Origin: Acidobacteriota bacterium
GTDB lineage: Bacteria; Acidobacteriota; CAIWXX01
NCBI GenBank assembly: GCA_040755995.1
Contig: JBFMAF010000049.1
Location: 157,519 to 221,518 of the forward strand
Length of the DNA: 64,000 bases
Reading direction: 5' to 3'
Both the position numbers and the translations under genes were made by a program. Shown piece by piece: positions 27,537 through 35,668 of the stretch. Below the pieces are notes generated by a model that worked only from the letters and a program-made list of their open reading frames with translations, ran no database searches and had not been told where the DNA came from. Position 1 is the first letter of the stretch; every line of letters begins with the position of its first letter.

Positions 27537-29093
27537 TCAGCGGATCGTGAAGTTGCCGTCGCTGGTGTCGCTCACCGAGGCCTCCCCCACCTTGCTGATA
27601 CGGACTCGAGCACGCGTGGTCTTCTTCGCCGATACTTTCCAGCTGTGCGAGCCGTCATTGGGGGTGCTCGACGCGATGGTCTTCTTCCAGGTGGCGCCGC
27701 CGTCTGTAGAGAGCTCGATCTTGACGTTCCCCTGGAAACCATTGGACGTCCACCGGAGGGGCCGCTGCTTGTTGAGTCGCCAGGTTTCGCCGCCGTTAGG
27801 CTTGATGACCCGCAGCCAATCGGTCCCGGGCAGCGCTGAGAAGACCGCGGTCACTGCCCTGTTGTAGTCCATCGTGAACAGACAAGTAAGGTTTGATCCG
27901 TTACATGATCCATCCCAGTGACCGAGCTTCCAACCTGTGGCGGGGCCCGCGGTGAGTGTGACGGGTGTCGTCACGGGAAAGTCCTCCGAGCAATCGCCCG
28001 GGCAGTCGATGCCCTGTGGGTCGCTGGTGACCGACCCGTTGCCGGTGACCGTGACGTCCAGGCGCCTGTCTGTGCCACCACCACCGGTGCGCGCCTGCCC
28101 TGAGTTTGGGTCGATCATGAGCGACGACACGTCGACGGCTTCGAAGTCGTGGCCGTGCACGTTGCGCAGTTCGTTTACGAGCATGTCGTCGTTCCAGCGG
28201 CTGTCGGGCGCCCCTGAGATGTACCAGGCCGCGCCGTTGTCTGCGAGCATCATCCCGTACTTCTTGAGCCCCTGGAGAATGACCTGGACCTGCGGCGAGA
28301 AACCCGAGATGTCGAAGCTCGCCTTCAGGCGGAATCGCTGACCCATCGGCGGGAGCGCCGGATCGGTCGATGACGAGGCGAAGTGGCGGGCCGGCCACAC
28401 GTAGGTGCGGCGCGTCTGCGGCGCGGTGAAGCGCACAGCGTGACGTACCTCGCCTGCGGCGACCTCGTCGTATCGCACGAGCCCGGGAAAGATCGGGAGG
28501 CCCGCGGCGTCGGCTGATGTCCATCCGGCAGGCCGCAGCGCGTGGGAGCTCAGGTTGTACTTGGCGCCCGATTCCGCATTCCAGCTCCCGTCCCCCTGCG
28601 GAAACGCGCGGTAGAGCTCGTAGAGCATGCAGTTGTCCTGGTCTACCACCAGCACGTGGCGATCGCCGTCACTCCCCGGCCCGCCCTCGATCGGCGCGTC
28701 CGACGGAATGGGAAACGGCCCCGGATCGCTCTCATCGCCGTACGCCGTGTAGTGGATTGTCACTTTGGGCTGCGTGCCCGGCACGAGCACAAACGGGATC
28801 CCAATCGGCGCGCCCTCCCAGACCGTGCCGAAATCGGGGTGGACTCCGGTGCTGTAGCCGATGGAATTGACGTAGGCGTTGGAATTCGGATCGACGGGCA
28901 GCGTGTCGATCGCGACGTTCCAGATGTTGTCCGCGGGAAAAACGTTGCAGCCGCCGATCGCGGGAGGTGCGCTCGGGATCGAGTCCGCCTGCTGCGAGCC
29001 AGTCGGTGCCAGCGCGATCGCAACGCAGGCGATGAATGCCGCGACCGTCATCGTCAAGTGCGGCCGGCTGTTCTCAAGGTCCCAGTTACCCAT
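27537..29093 (-). CDS. Secreted protein: uncharacterised N-terminal domain, InlB-B-type repeat and C-terminal PNGGE Ig-like domain
   Basis: Signal-like hydrophobic stretch; VTGNGSVTSDPQGIDC..C..VTLTA..W.GSC; PNGGETW..VKIELSTDGG..SDGNFTI. Confidence 0.75.
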   Translation of the reverse strand: MGNWDLENSRPHLTMTVAAFIACVAIALAPTGSQQADSIPSAPPAIGGCNVFPADNIWNVAIDTLPVDPNSNAYVNSIGYSTGVHPDFGTVWEGAPIGIPFVLVPGTQPKVTIHYTAYGDESDPGPFPIPSDAPIEGGPGSDGDRHVLVVDQDNCMLYELYRAFPQGDGSWNAESGAKYNLSSHALRPAGWTSADAAGLPIFPGLVRYDEVAAGEVRHAVRFTAPQTRRTYVWPARHFASSSTDPALPPMGQRFRLKASFDISGFSPQVQVILQGLKKYGMMLADNGAAWYISGAPDSRWNDDMLVNELRNVHGHDFEAVDVSSLMIDPNSGQARTGGGGTDRRLDVTVTGNGSVTSDPQGIDCPGDCSEDFPVTTPVTLTAGPATGWKLGHWDGSCNGSNLTCLFTMDYNRAVTAVFSALPGTDWLRVIKPNGGETWRLNKQRPLRWTSNGFQGNVKIELSTDGGATWKKTIASSTPNDGSHSWKVSAKKTTRARVRISKVGEASVSDTSDGNFTIR

Positions 29094-29167
29094 GTTCCCC
29101 TCCCTCTGGAGCCGACTCCAAAGATTCCAATTCTGCCTTGATTATAGTCACCCGCATACGCCCTCGA

Positions 29168-29183
29168 TGTGACATCGGTCACA
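29168..29183. promoter_or_regulatory. CRP-type palindrome TGTGA-N6-TCACA
   Basis: tgtga catcgg tcaca in a divergent intergenic region. Confidence 0.55.
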
Positions 29184-29263
29184 GAGCCGCACAAGGAAGC
29201 GACACCCCCGCCGTCCTCGGTCTCATATGCTATGCTGGACATCGCCAGGAGTGGTGTGCAGGA

Positions 29264-29995
29264 ATGAAGCTCCCATATGAATTCGACGCAAGCGACCGGA
29301 TAGGCAGGAAGCGATTTTCGGTCATCCTGGTGCGTCCCGAAAACCAGGAGAACATAGGCCTCGTGGCGCGCGCCATGAGGAACACAGGCTTCGAGGATTT
29401 GAGGCTGGTAGGGCTCGACCACCTCGAACAGGGAGCCTTCCGAACAGCGATCCATTCGAAGGAGATCCTGGAGCATGCGCGGTTCTATCCCAATCTCGGC
29501 GATGCCACGGCCAGCCTGAATCTGGTTGCGGCCTCGACGGCCCGGCGCCGGACCAACTTCTTCATCCTGACGCTCTCGGACGCCGTCGAGTCTGTGCTGC
29601 GGCACCCGACCACGGCGCAGGTCGGGCTGCTTTTCGGGAACGAGCGCACCGGGTTGACCTCCGAAGAGCTCGGCTCGGCGAATATCGTCTTCCACATCCC
29701 ACAGGCGACGCGGCAGCCTTCGTACAACCTGGCTTCGGCCGTATTGCTGACGCTGTTCTCCTTCTTCGGCCGCTCGTGCGACAGCTGCGTCTCGGCAACG
29801 CATCCACTCCTGTCCAGGATCGAGCAGGATGAATGCATCCGCCTCCTTGTGAAGAAGCTCGAAGCGAAGCGATTCATCCACGGGACGAACAGGGCTCACG
29901 TGGTGGAGAGCGTCCAGGATCTATTCGGACGGATCGCTCTGACGGAGAGAGACCGAGGGCTCCTCCTGTCGTTGTTCGGCAAAGTCGTCGAGTGA
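29264..29995 (+). CDS. trmJ: TrmJ/LasT family SPOUT RNA methyltransferase
   Basis: VILVRP..ENIGLVARAMRNTGF, LLFGNERTGLT, SYNLASAV. Confidence 0.9.
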   Translation: MKLPYEFDASDRIGRKRFSVILVRPENQENIGLVARAMRNTGFEDLRLVGLDHLEQGAFRTAIHSKEILEHARFYPNLGDATASLNLVAASTARRRTNFFILTLSDAVESVLRHPTTAQVGLLFGNERTGLTSEELGSANIVFHIPQATRQPSYNLASAVLLTLFSFFGRSCDSCVSATHPLLSRIEQDECIRLLVKKLEAKRFIHGTNRAHVVESVQDLFGRIALTERDRGLLLSLFGKVVE

Positions 29996-30049
29996 TGCCA
30001 GATCTCCCGGGCCGTGACGATTCGATGCTGTTCTGCTAGACTCGCTTCG

Positions 30050-31000
30050 ATGAAGACCATACGGTCGCGAGTGGCGGAGGACCGGTGCGCCGGCGCGCTG
30101 GTCGGCCTGGCTGTCGGAAACGTTTTGGGCCTGGGCTTCGAGGGAATCCGGCGTAGCGAGCTCCGGCAGATCTGGCCTGGCGGCAGCCTGTCGGCTCCGC
30201 TAAGAGAACTCGTGCAGCCGTGGGACGATGATCTTGCGATGGCGATGGAGCTCGCGTGGCACCTGGACGGCACAGGAGGCGACGTGGAGCCGGCCGAGCT
30301 GCTCCAGCGCTACGTTCGCTGGTACGCGGAGAACGGGCGAGGCATCGGGAACCTGACGCGCGAGGTGCTCGAGCTTGCGGTGGAGGGCAGCCGGGTTTCG
30401 CCGGCGGAGCGCGTCTGGAGACGCCGGGGCGGCTCCGCCTCAGACTCCAGTGCGGGCAACGGGGCCGTCATGCGTGTGGCACCCGTCGGCGTCAGGTTCC
30501 GGCAGGACCCCGAACGCGTGGTGGGGAATGCACTAGCCGACGCGGCACTCACCCACTACGATCCTTTGTGCCAGTGGACCTCGGCGGCGGCCGCCGTCCT
30601 CGTCGCGGACATGATCGAAGAACGCGTGACCCCACTGGATCTGTTTCTCCCGGCCCAAGGCTGCCCGGACCCGACCTTGAAGCTCATTCTGGAGGAACCG
30701 CCGCTGGACATCGAGGGCGGGAACTTCGACGGCCACGACATGGGCTACACCCTGCACGCGTGGAAAGTCGCGTTGTGGGCGTCTCACGCGCCGGGCGACT
30801 ACCAGAAGCTCCTCCAACGGGTGATCCGCTGCGGAGGCGATACCGACACGAACGGGGCGGTCGCCGGCGCGGTGCTGGGCGCGCGCTTCGGGCTCGGCTC
30901 GATTCCAGCGAAGTGGACCCAGGCAGTCCGTGACCTCAAACTCATCCACGACGTGGCCTTGAAGCTCCACCGTCTCGGCCTCCCCAGGGCGGGGGAGTAG
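30050..31000 (+). CDS. ADP-ribosylglycohydrolase (DraG/ARH family)
   Basis: GLAVGNVLG, WDDDLAM, AGNGAVMRVAP, THYDP, GGDTDTNGAVAG. Confidence 0.92.
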   Translation: MKTIRSRVAEDRCAGALVGLAVGNVLGLGFEGIRRSELRQIWPGGSLSAPLRELVQPWDDDLAMAMELAWHLDGTGGDVEPAELLQRYVRWYAENGRGIGNLTREVLELAVEGSRVSPAERVWRRRGGSASDSSAGNGAVMRVAPVGVRFRQDPERVVGNALADAALTHYDPLCQWTSAAAAVLVADMIEERVTPLDLFLPAQGCPDPTLKLILEEPPLDIEGGNFDGHDMGYTLHAWKVALWASHAPGDYQKLLQRVIRCGGDTDTNGAVAGAVLGARFGLGSIPAKWTQAVRDLKLIHDVALKLHRLGLPRAGE

Positions 31001-31039
31001 AGAGTGGAGAGTGGAGAGTGGAGAGTAGAGAGTGGGAGA
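30998..31039 (+). repeat. TRGAGAG heptamer array beginning at a stop codon
   Basis: tagagag tggagag tggagag tggagag tagagag tgggaga. Confidence 0.9.
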
Positions 31040-31065
31040 GACCGATCTGGTCTCCGACTGTCCGT

Positions 31066-33006
31066 CTAAGGATGGATGTTCGCGAGGGCTACGGCGTTCT
31101 CGGGATCCAGTTCTAGTGCCATGCGGAACGCACGATCCGCTTCCGGTTCCTGGCCGGTCGTCCGCCCGTAGAGCCCGAGGTTCGCGACTGCTGCAGCCGC
31201 AGTCTGCCGGATGGCCACCTCGAGTCGATCGGTCGAGCCGGGTCGTGAAGCGATGAAAGCATCCAGATCGATGCGGTCGAGCCCGAGCGGCGGCCTCTCT
31301 GGCGTACGCTCGACGCGCAGCGCCAGCCCCTCGGGCCTCTTGTAGTAGCTCGCCGCCAGCTCGGGCTCGGACGCCAGTACTTCCGAGGTCACATACACGG
31401 GGCGTTTCTCGATGTTCTTTTCGATTATCGCATTGATGAGGCCGATGTAGCGCGCTTGAAGAACGTCCGCGTCGTACGTCTGGTTGCGTTCGAACTTCGC
31501 CAGCTCGGTCAGGTAGCTATCGATATCGGCGCGGCAAGGTGACAGGGCCTCCGGGTACCATCTCAACAGCAGCTGCGGATACCATGTTCTGCGCAGCAGC
31601 TCCTTCTCCACAAGCACGATGTCCGGCCGCACCCCTTCGACCTGCTGCTTGTACCAGAACGCCGAGCAAAAGAAGTCCCATTGCGCGCTGATGATGACGG
31701 CATGTGGTCTGGTGCTGTCCAGCAGGACCCTTGTGTACTCGGGCACCAACCTGTCTGTGGCGTGGTTGTTGACCGGGAAGTTGAGCCAGAACGAGACGAC
31801 GGGAACGAGCGCGAGGAGCGCCAGGGTTCTGGGAGAGCGCGCAGCCCACGCGGCCGTTCCGACGCCGACAATCAGCATCAGGCCGCATACGGCCAGCAGA
31901 AAGTAAGGCTCGATGTCGTCCACCGAGTAGTTCAGGGCGTACAGAAAGCAGCCGGCGACCAACAGCAGGCAGAACCAGAGGAGGTCCCGGCCCGCGCGAT
32001 ACAGGTAGTAGATCCCATAGAACAACGGGAAAAGCCCCACGATGCCGACCTGAGACGGTAGAAGTCCGATGAACAGGGCCAGGTGCTTCTCCCAAAGCCC
32101 CGGCTCCGAGAACATCCAGTTCGAGTATTGCCTGCCGAGGAGGTGATAGTAGAAGGGTTGAAGACCGCGATGGACCATCCCCCAGTCAAACAGAGGATTC
32201 ATCGAGCTGCGGATGGGCAGGTAGAGATAGAGTCCGAGCGGGACGGCGAATACGAGCGACAGGCGCGCCAGCATGCGCAGTTTCTCTCCGTCGAATACCA
32301 GCGGCCCGCCAGGGCGCTTGAAGAAGGAGAAGGCGAGGGCAGGGGCCATGAGCACGGTAGTCATGTGATTGGCGAATCCAAGGCCGAGCGCGGCCGCCGC
32401 CGGCGCATAGGCTCGAAACGACTGTGCTTCGGGGCCGTGGGCGCGAGCGAAGAGCAACAGGGTCGACGCCAGCAGGACGAGCTGCAACGAATGGACCTCG
32501 AATGACGTGGCCTGCGCCCAGACGGTGCAGGCGAACGCATAAGCCAGTGCCGCGATGGTGTATGCCCACGGCGATGCCGGCGGAGGCGCGGAGATGGCGC
32601 CCGCAGCGCCACTATGCTTCTTCTTCTGGCCCCTGGCGCGGCGGGGAGCGGGGAGCTGGACGCGACGCGACTGGACGTACAGGAGCCGGACCAGGTAGTA
32701 GAACAGGACGGCCGAACCCGAGGTCAAGAACGCCGAGAGCAGGTTGAGCGCACGGATCGGCGGCCAGGGCCACGGCAGGCGCGTCCAGAGAAATCCCAGG
32801 AGCGTCAGCAGCGGATACCCGGTCGGATGAGCCACACCGAGAGTCGCGCATACTGCGCCGAGCTCGCCGCAGTCGGTGAATGTGACATCCGGAGCCGCCG
32901 TGGCCGCGTAGGCGGCGAAGGAGCAAAGGAAGACGAGAGTGGGGTGGAGGGCCGCGTGACCGGCACCGAATAGGCCACGGAGCCAACCGGGAATCCTCAC
33001 CGACAT
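31066..33006 (-). CDS. DUF2723/TMEM260-like GT-C membrane glycosyltransferase with terminal TPR
   Basis: DCGEL..LGVAHPTGYPL, WAQATSFEVHSL, LYLPIRS..P..DWG. Confidence 0.85.
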   Translation of the reverse strand: MSVRIPGWLRGLFGAGHAALHPTLVFLCSFAAYAATAAPDVTFTDCGELGAVCATLGVAHPTGYPLLTLLGFLWTRLPWPWPPIRALNLLSAFLTSGSAVLFYYLVRLLYVQSRRVQLPAPRRARGQKKKHSGAAGAISAPPPASPWAYTIAALAYAFACTVWAQATSFEVHSLQLVLLASTLLLFARAHGPEAQSFRAYAPAAAALGLGFANHMTTVLMAPALAFSFFKRPGGPLVFDGEKLRMLARLSLVFAVPLGLYLYLPIRSSMNPLFDWGMVHRGLQPFYYHLLGRQYSNWMFSEPGLWEKHLALFIGLLPSQVGIVGLFPLFYGIYYLYRAGRDLLWFCLLLVAGCFLYALNYSVDDIEPYFLLAVCGLMLIVGVGTAAWAARSPRTLALLALVPVVSFWLNFPVNNHATDRLVPEYTRVLLDSTRPHAVIISAQWDFFCSAFWYKQQVEGVRPDIVLVEKELLRRTWYPQLLLRWYPEALSPCRADIDSYLTELAKFERNQTYDADVLQARYIGLINAIIEKNIEKRPVYVTSEVLASEPELAASYYKRPEGLALRVERTPERPPLGLDRIDLDAFIASRPGSTDRLEVAIRQTAAAAVANLGLYGRTTGQEPEADRAFRMALELDPENAVALANIHP

Positions 33007-33073
33007 GCCGCACCGCCCAGCGCCATCGCGTAATACTACTACGAAAGCAGAACCATGCGGCTGACGATCGTTC

Positions 33074-33179
33074 GTCCACGCTTCACGTCGACGCCGGCGT
33101 TCACGAACACAAGGGAACTGAAGGATGCGGCTCACAAGGATTCGTTCACGTTCACGTCGACCACTACGTTTACGTCCAC
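33074..33179 (+). repeat. Two GTNNAC-type hexamer arrays
   Basis: gtcgac gccggc gttcac gaacac ... gttcac gttcac gtcgac cactac gtttac gtccac. Confidence 0.75.
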
Positions 33180-33449
33180 GAATGCAACTGGAGTGCCGCC
33201 GGACTACGAGATCTCGGCGTCGGCGTCGCTGGACGCAGGGGCACATATCTGGTACAACTTCAACTTGGAAGAAGGTGCCGAAACTCTGTGGCGACATGCG
33301 AACATGGGATCGGACCAGCCGGCCCGGCGTTGTCGACGGATGAGCCTGTTGTCGTCGCGTAGAGCAGGGATTGCCTTCTCGGAGCGCCGACCTTCTAGTT
33401 CTCGGCTCTTGCCGATCGCGCCGGGTCAGAAGGCCGAGGCGGAGGTGAG

Positions 33450-35615
33450 ATGAGAGAGATCAGACTTGCCATCATGTGGCACATGCACCAGCCACTTTAC
33501 GTGGACAGCTCCGACCGCAACTACATGCTCCCGTGGGTCCGCCTGCACGGGCTGAAGGACTACTACGGGATGGTGGCGATACTCCGCGAGTTCCCGAAGG
33601 TCAAGATGACCTTCAATCTTGTACCTTCGCTGCTCGAGCAGCTTCTCGAATACTGTGCCGGAACAGCCGAGGAGCGGTTTCAGTCTCTGTCGATGAAGTC
33701 GGCATCGGAATTGACCGACGAGGACAAGATTTACATCCTCAAGAACTTCTTCATGGCCAACCGGCAGACCATGATCTCCATATACCCACGCTATGACGCG
33801 CTCTTGATGAAGCGCGGGTCCGGTGTCGAAGATCAGCAGCTCAGGCGTATCGCCCGGATATACTCGACCCAGGACTTCCTGGATCTTCAGGTGCTGCAGA
33901 AGCTCGCCTGGGTGGACGAGGAGTACCGGCGGCGCGACGCTCGAGTAGTAGATCTGATCGCTCGTGGGAAGAACTACTCCGAGGCGGACAAGAAAGTGCT
34001 GGCGGAGGTCGAGCAGGAGATTCTGGCAAAGATCGTGCCGGAGCACCGCGACGCCGCTGCGAGAGGGCAGATCGAGATTTCCACATCGCCATATTACCAC
34101 CCCATCCTCCCGCTCCTCTGCGACAGCAACGTTGCGCGGCTGGCCAATCCGCGGGCCAAGCTGCTGAAAGAGCCGTTCCGCCACCCCGAGGACGCGGCGA
34201 CTCAGCTGCGAGAGGGGCGCCGGTTGTTCAAAGAGGTATTCGGGTGGGAGCCTGTCGGGCTGTGGCCGAGCGAGGGCTCGGTCTCGATGGAGGCTCTCCA
34301 GCTCGCGGCCGCAGAAGGATTCCGTTGGGTGGCGACCGATGAGGAGATCCTGGAGCAGAGCGTGGGCATACAACTGGGACGCACATTCGACGGCGGCCTG
34401 GCCAGGCCGGACATGTTGTTCCGGCCGTACCGTCTTGGGCTGGGTGACAAGGACATTGGTGTCCTCTTCCGAGATCACGTGCTCTCTGATCTCATCGGGT
34501 TTACCTATAGCAAGATGCCGCCCAAGGAAGCTGCCGACGACTTCATAGGCAGGCTCGAACGGATCGGCCACGACTGGCAGGGCGATCAGGCTCCAGTAGT
34601 GCCGATCATCCTCGACGGAGAGAACGCGTGGGAGTACTACCGTGGGGACGGCCGCGAGTTCCTCCGGCGCGTCTACGGGCTTCTGCAAGAGTCGCGATTG
34701 ATCGAGACGATCACCTGCGCTCAGGCCTTCGAACAGGGACCGCCCCTGCCATTGCCGCAGGTCACGCCAGGATCATGGATCAACCATAACTTCGACATCT
34801 GGATCGGGCACGACGAGGACCGCAAGGCATGGGAAATGCTGCACCAGGCGCGGTCGCTGCTCGCTGCTCGCGACCCCGACAGGTCACAGCAGAAGGCTTG
34901 GCAGGAGATCTACATAGCCGAAGGGAGCGACTGGTGCTGGTGGTACGGCGGCGACCACAGCTCGGAGAACGACTGGGAGTTCGACCAGCTCTTCCGCAAG
35001 CGGCTGATCAACGTCTATAACCTGCTCGGCGAAAGCGCTCCTCCGGGTCTGCACGTCTCCATCATCTCGGAACGCAAGAAAGGCCTTCCGCCGCCGGTCA
35101 CCCCGACCCGCTTCATCACCCCGAGAATCGACGGCCGGCTCACTACTTACTTCGAGTGGCTGGGCGCTGGCGAGGTCCGCGTCACGCTCCACGGCACCGC
35201 CATGCATAAGACGCGCCACATCACACACGCCATCGCCTACGGATTCAACCTGGACGAGATGTACGTCCGCGTGGACACCGCCGGCCGTGCCTCTTCATAC
35301 TTCGCGGGGGGGATGGAGCTGCGCATCGTGTTTCTCGCCCCCGCCGACTACGCAGTGGTTTGCCGCTGCGGAGGTGAAGAGGGATCGCGCCTGTACTGTG
35401 GCTCACGTGAAATCGCTGCCTGCCATTTCGCGGTAGATTCCGTGGTCGAGGGTACGATCCCTTTCAAGGATCTCGGAGTGAAAGTGGGCGACCGGCTGGA
35501 ATTCTACGTCTCGTGGCAGCGGGGACAGGAGACCTTCGAGAGCCAGCCGGAGGGTGCTTCGATCGCGCTGGAGGTCCCTAACGAAACCTTTGAGAACCAG
35601 TACTGGGAAGTCTGA
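33450..35615 (+). CDS. Glycoside hydrolase family 57 (amylopullulanase-like)
   Basis: WHMHQP, PWVRLHG.KDY, YHPILPLL, GLWPSEG, ILDGENAWEYY, AEGSDWCWW. Confidence 0.95.
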   Translation: MREIRLAIMWHMHQPLYVDSSDRNYMLPWVRLHGLKDYYGMVAILREFPKVKMTFNLVPSLLEQLLEYCAGTAEERFQSLSMKSASELTDEDKIYILKNFFMANRQTMISIYPRYDALLMKRGSGVEDQQLRRIARIYSTQDFLDLQVLQKLAWVDEEYRRRDARVVDLIARGKNYSEADKKVLAEVEQEILAKIVPEHRDAAARGQIEISTSPYYHPILPLLCDSNVARLANPRAKLLKEPFRHPEDAATQLREGRRLFKEVFGWEPVGLWPSEGSVSMEALQLAAAEGFRWVATDEEILEQSVGIQLGRTFDGGLARPDMLFRPYRLGLGDKDIGVLFRDHVLSDLIGFTYSKMPPKEAADDFIGRLERIGHDWQGDQAPVVPIILDGENAWEYYRGDGREFLRRVYGLLQESRLIETITCAQAFEQGPPLPLPQVTPGSWINHNFDIWIGHDEDRKAWEMLHQARSLLAARDPDRSQQKAWQEIYIAEGSDWCWWYGGDHSSENDWEFDQLFRKRLINVYNLLGESAPPGLHVSIISERKKGLPPPVTPTRFITPRIDGRLTTYFEWLGAGEVRVTLHGTAMHKTRHITHAIAYGFNLDEMYVRVDTAGRASSYFAGGMELRIVFLAPADYAVVCRCGGEEGSRLYCGSREIAACHFAVDSVVEGTIPFKDLGVKVGDRLEFYVSWQRGQETFESQPEGASIALEVPNETFENQYWEV

Positions 35616-35668
35616 GAAGGCACCGTGCCCCTCCGGTGCAATGCCGCAGGACGTTTGCCACCGACGGG

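Noticed and set aside
33055..33453. 132-aa Thr/Phe-rich ORF
   Set aside because: The composition derives from the GTNNAC hexamer array; no other coding evidence.
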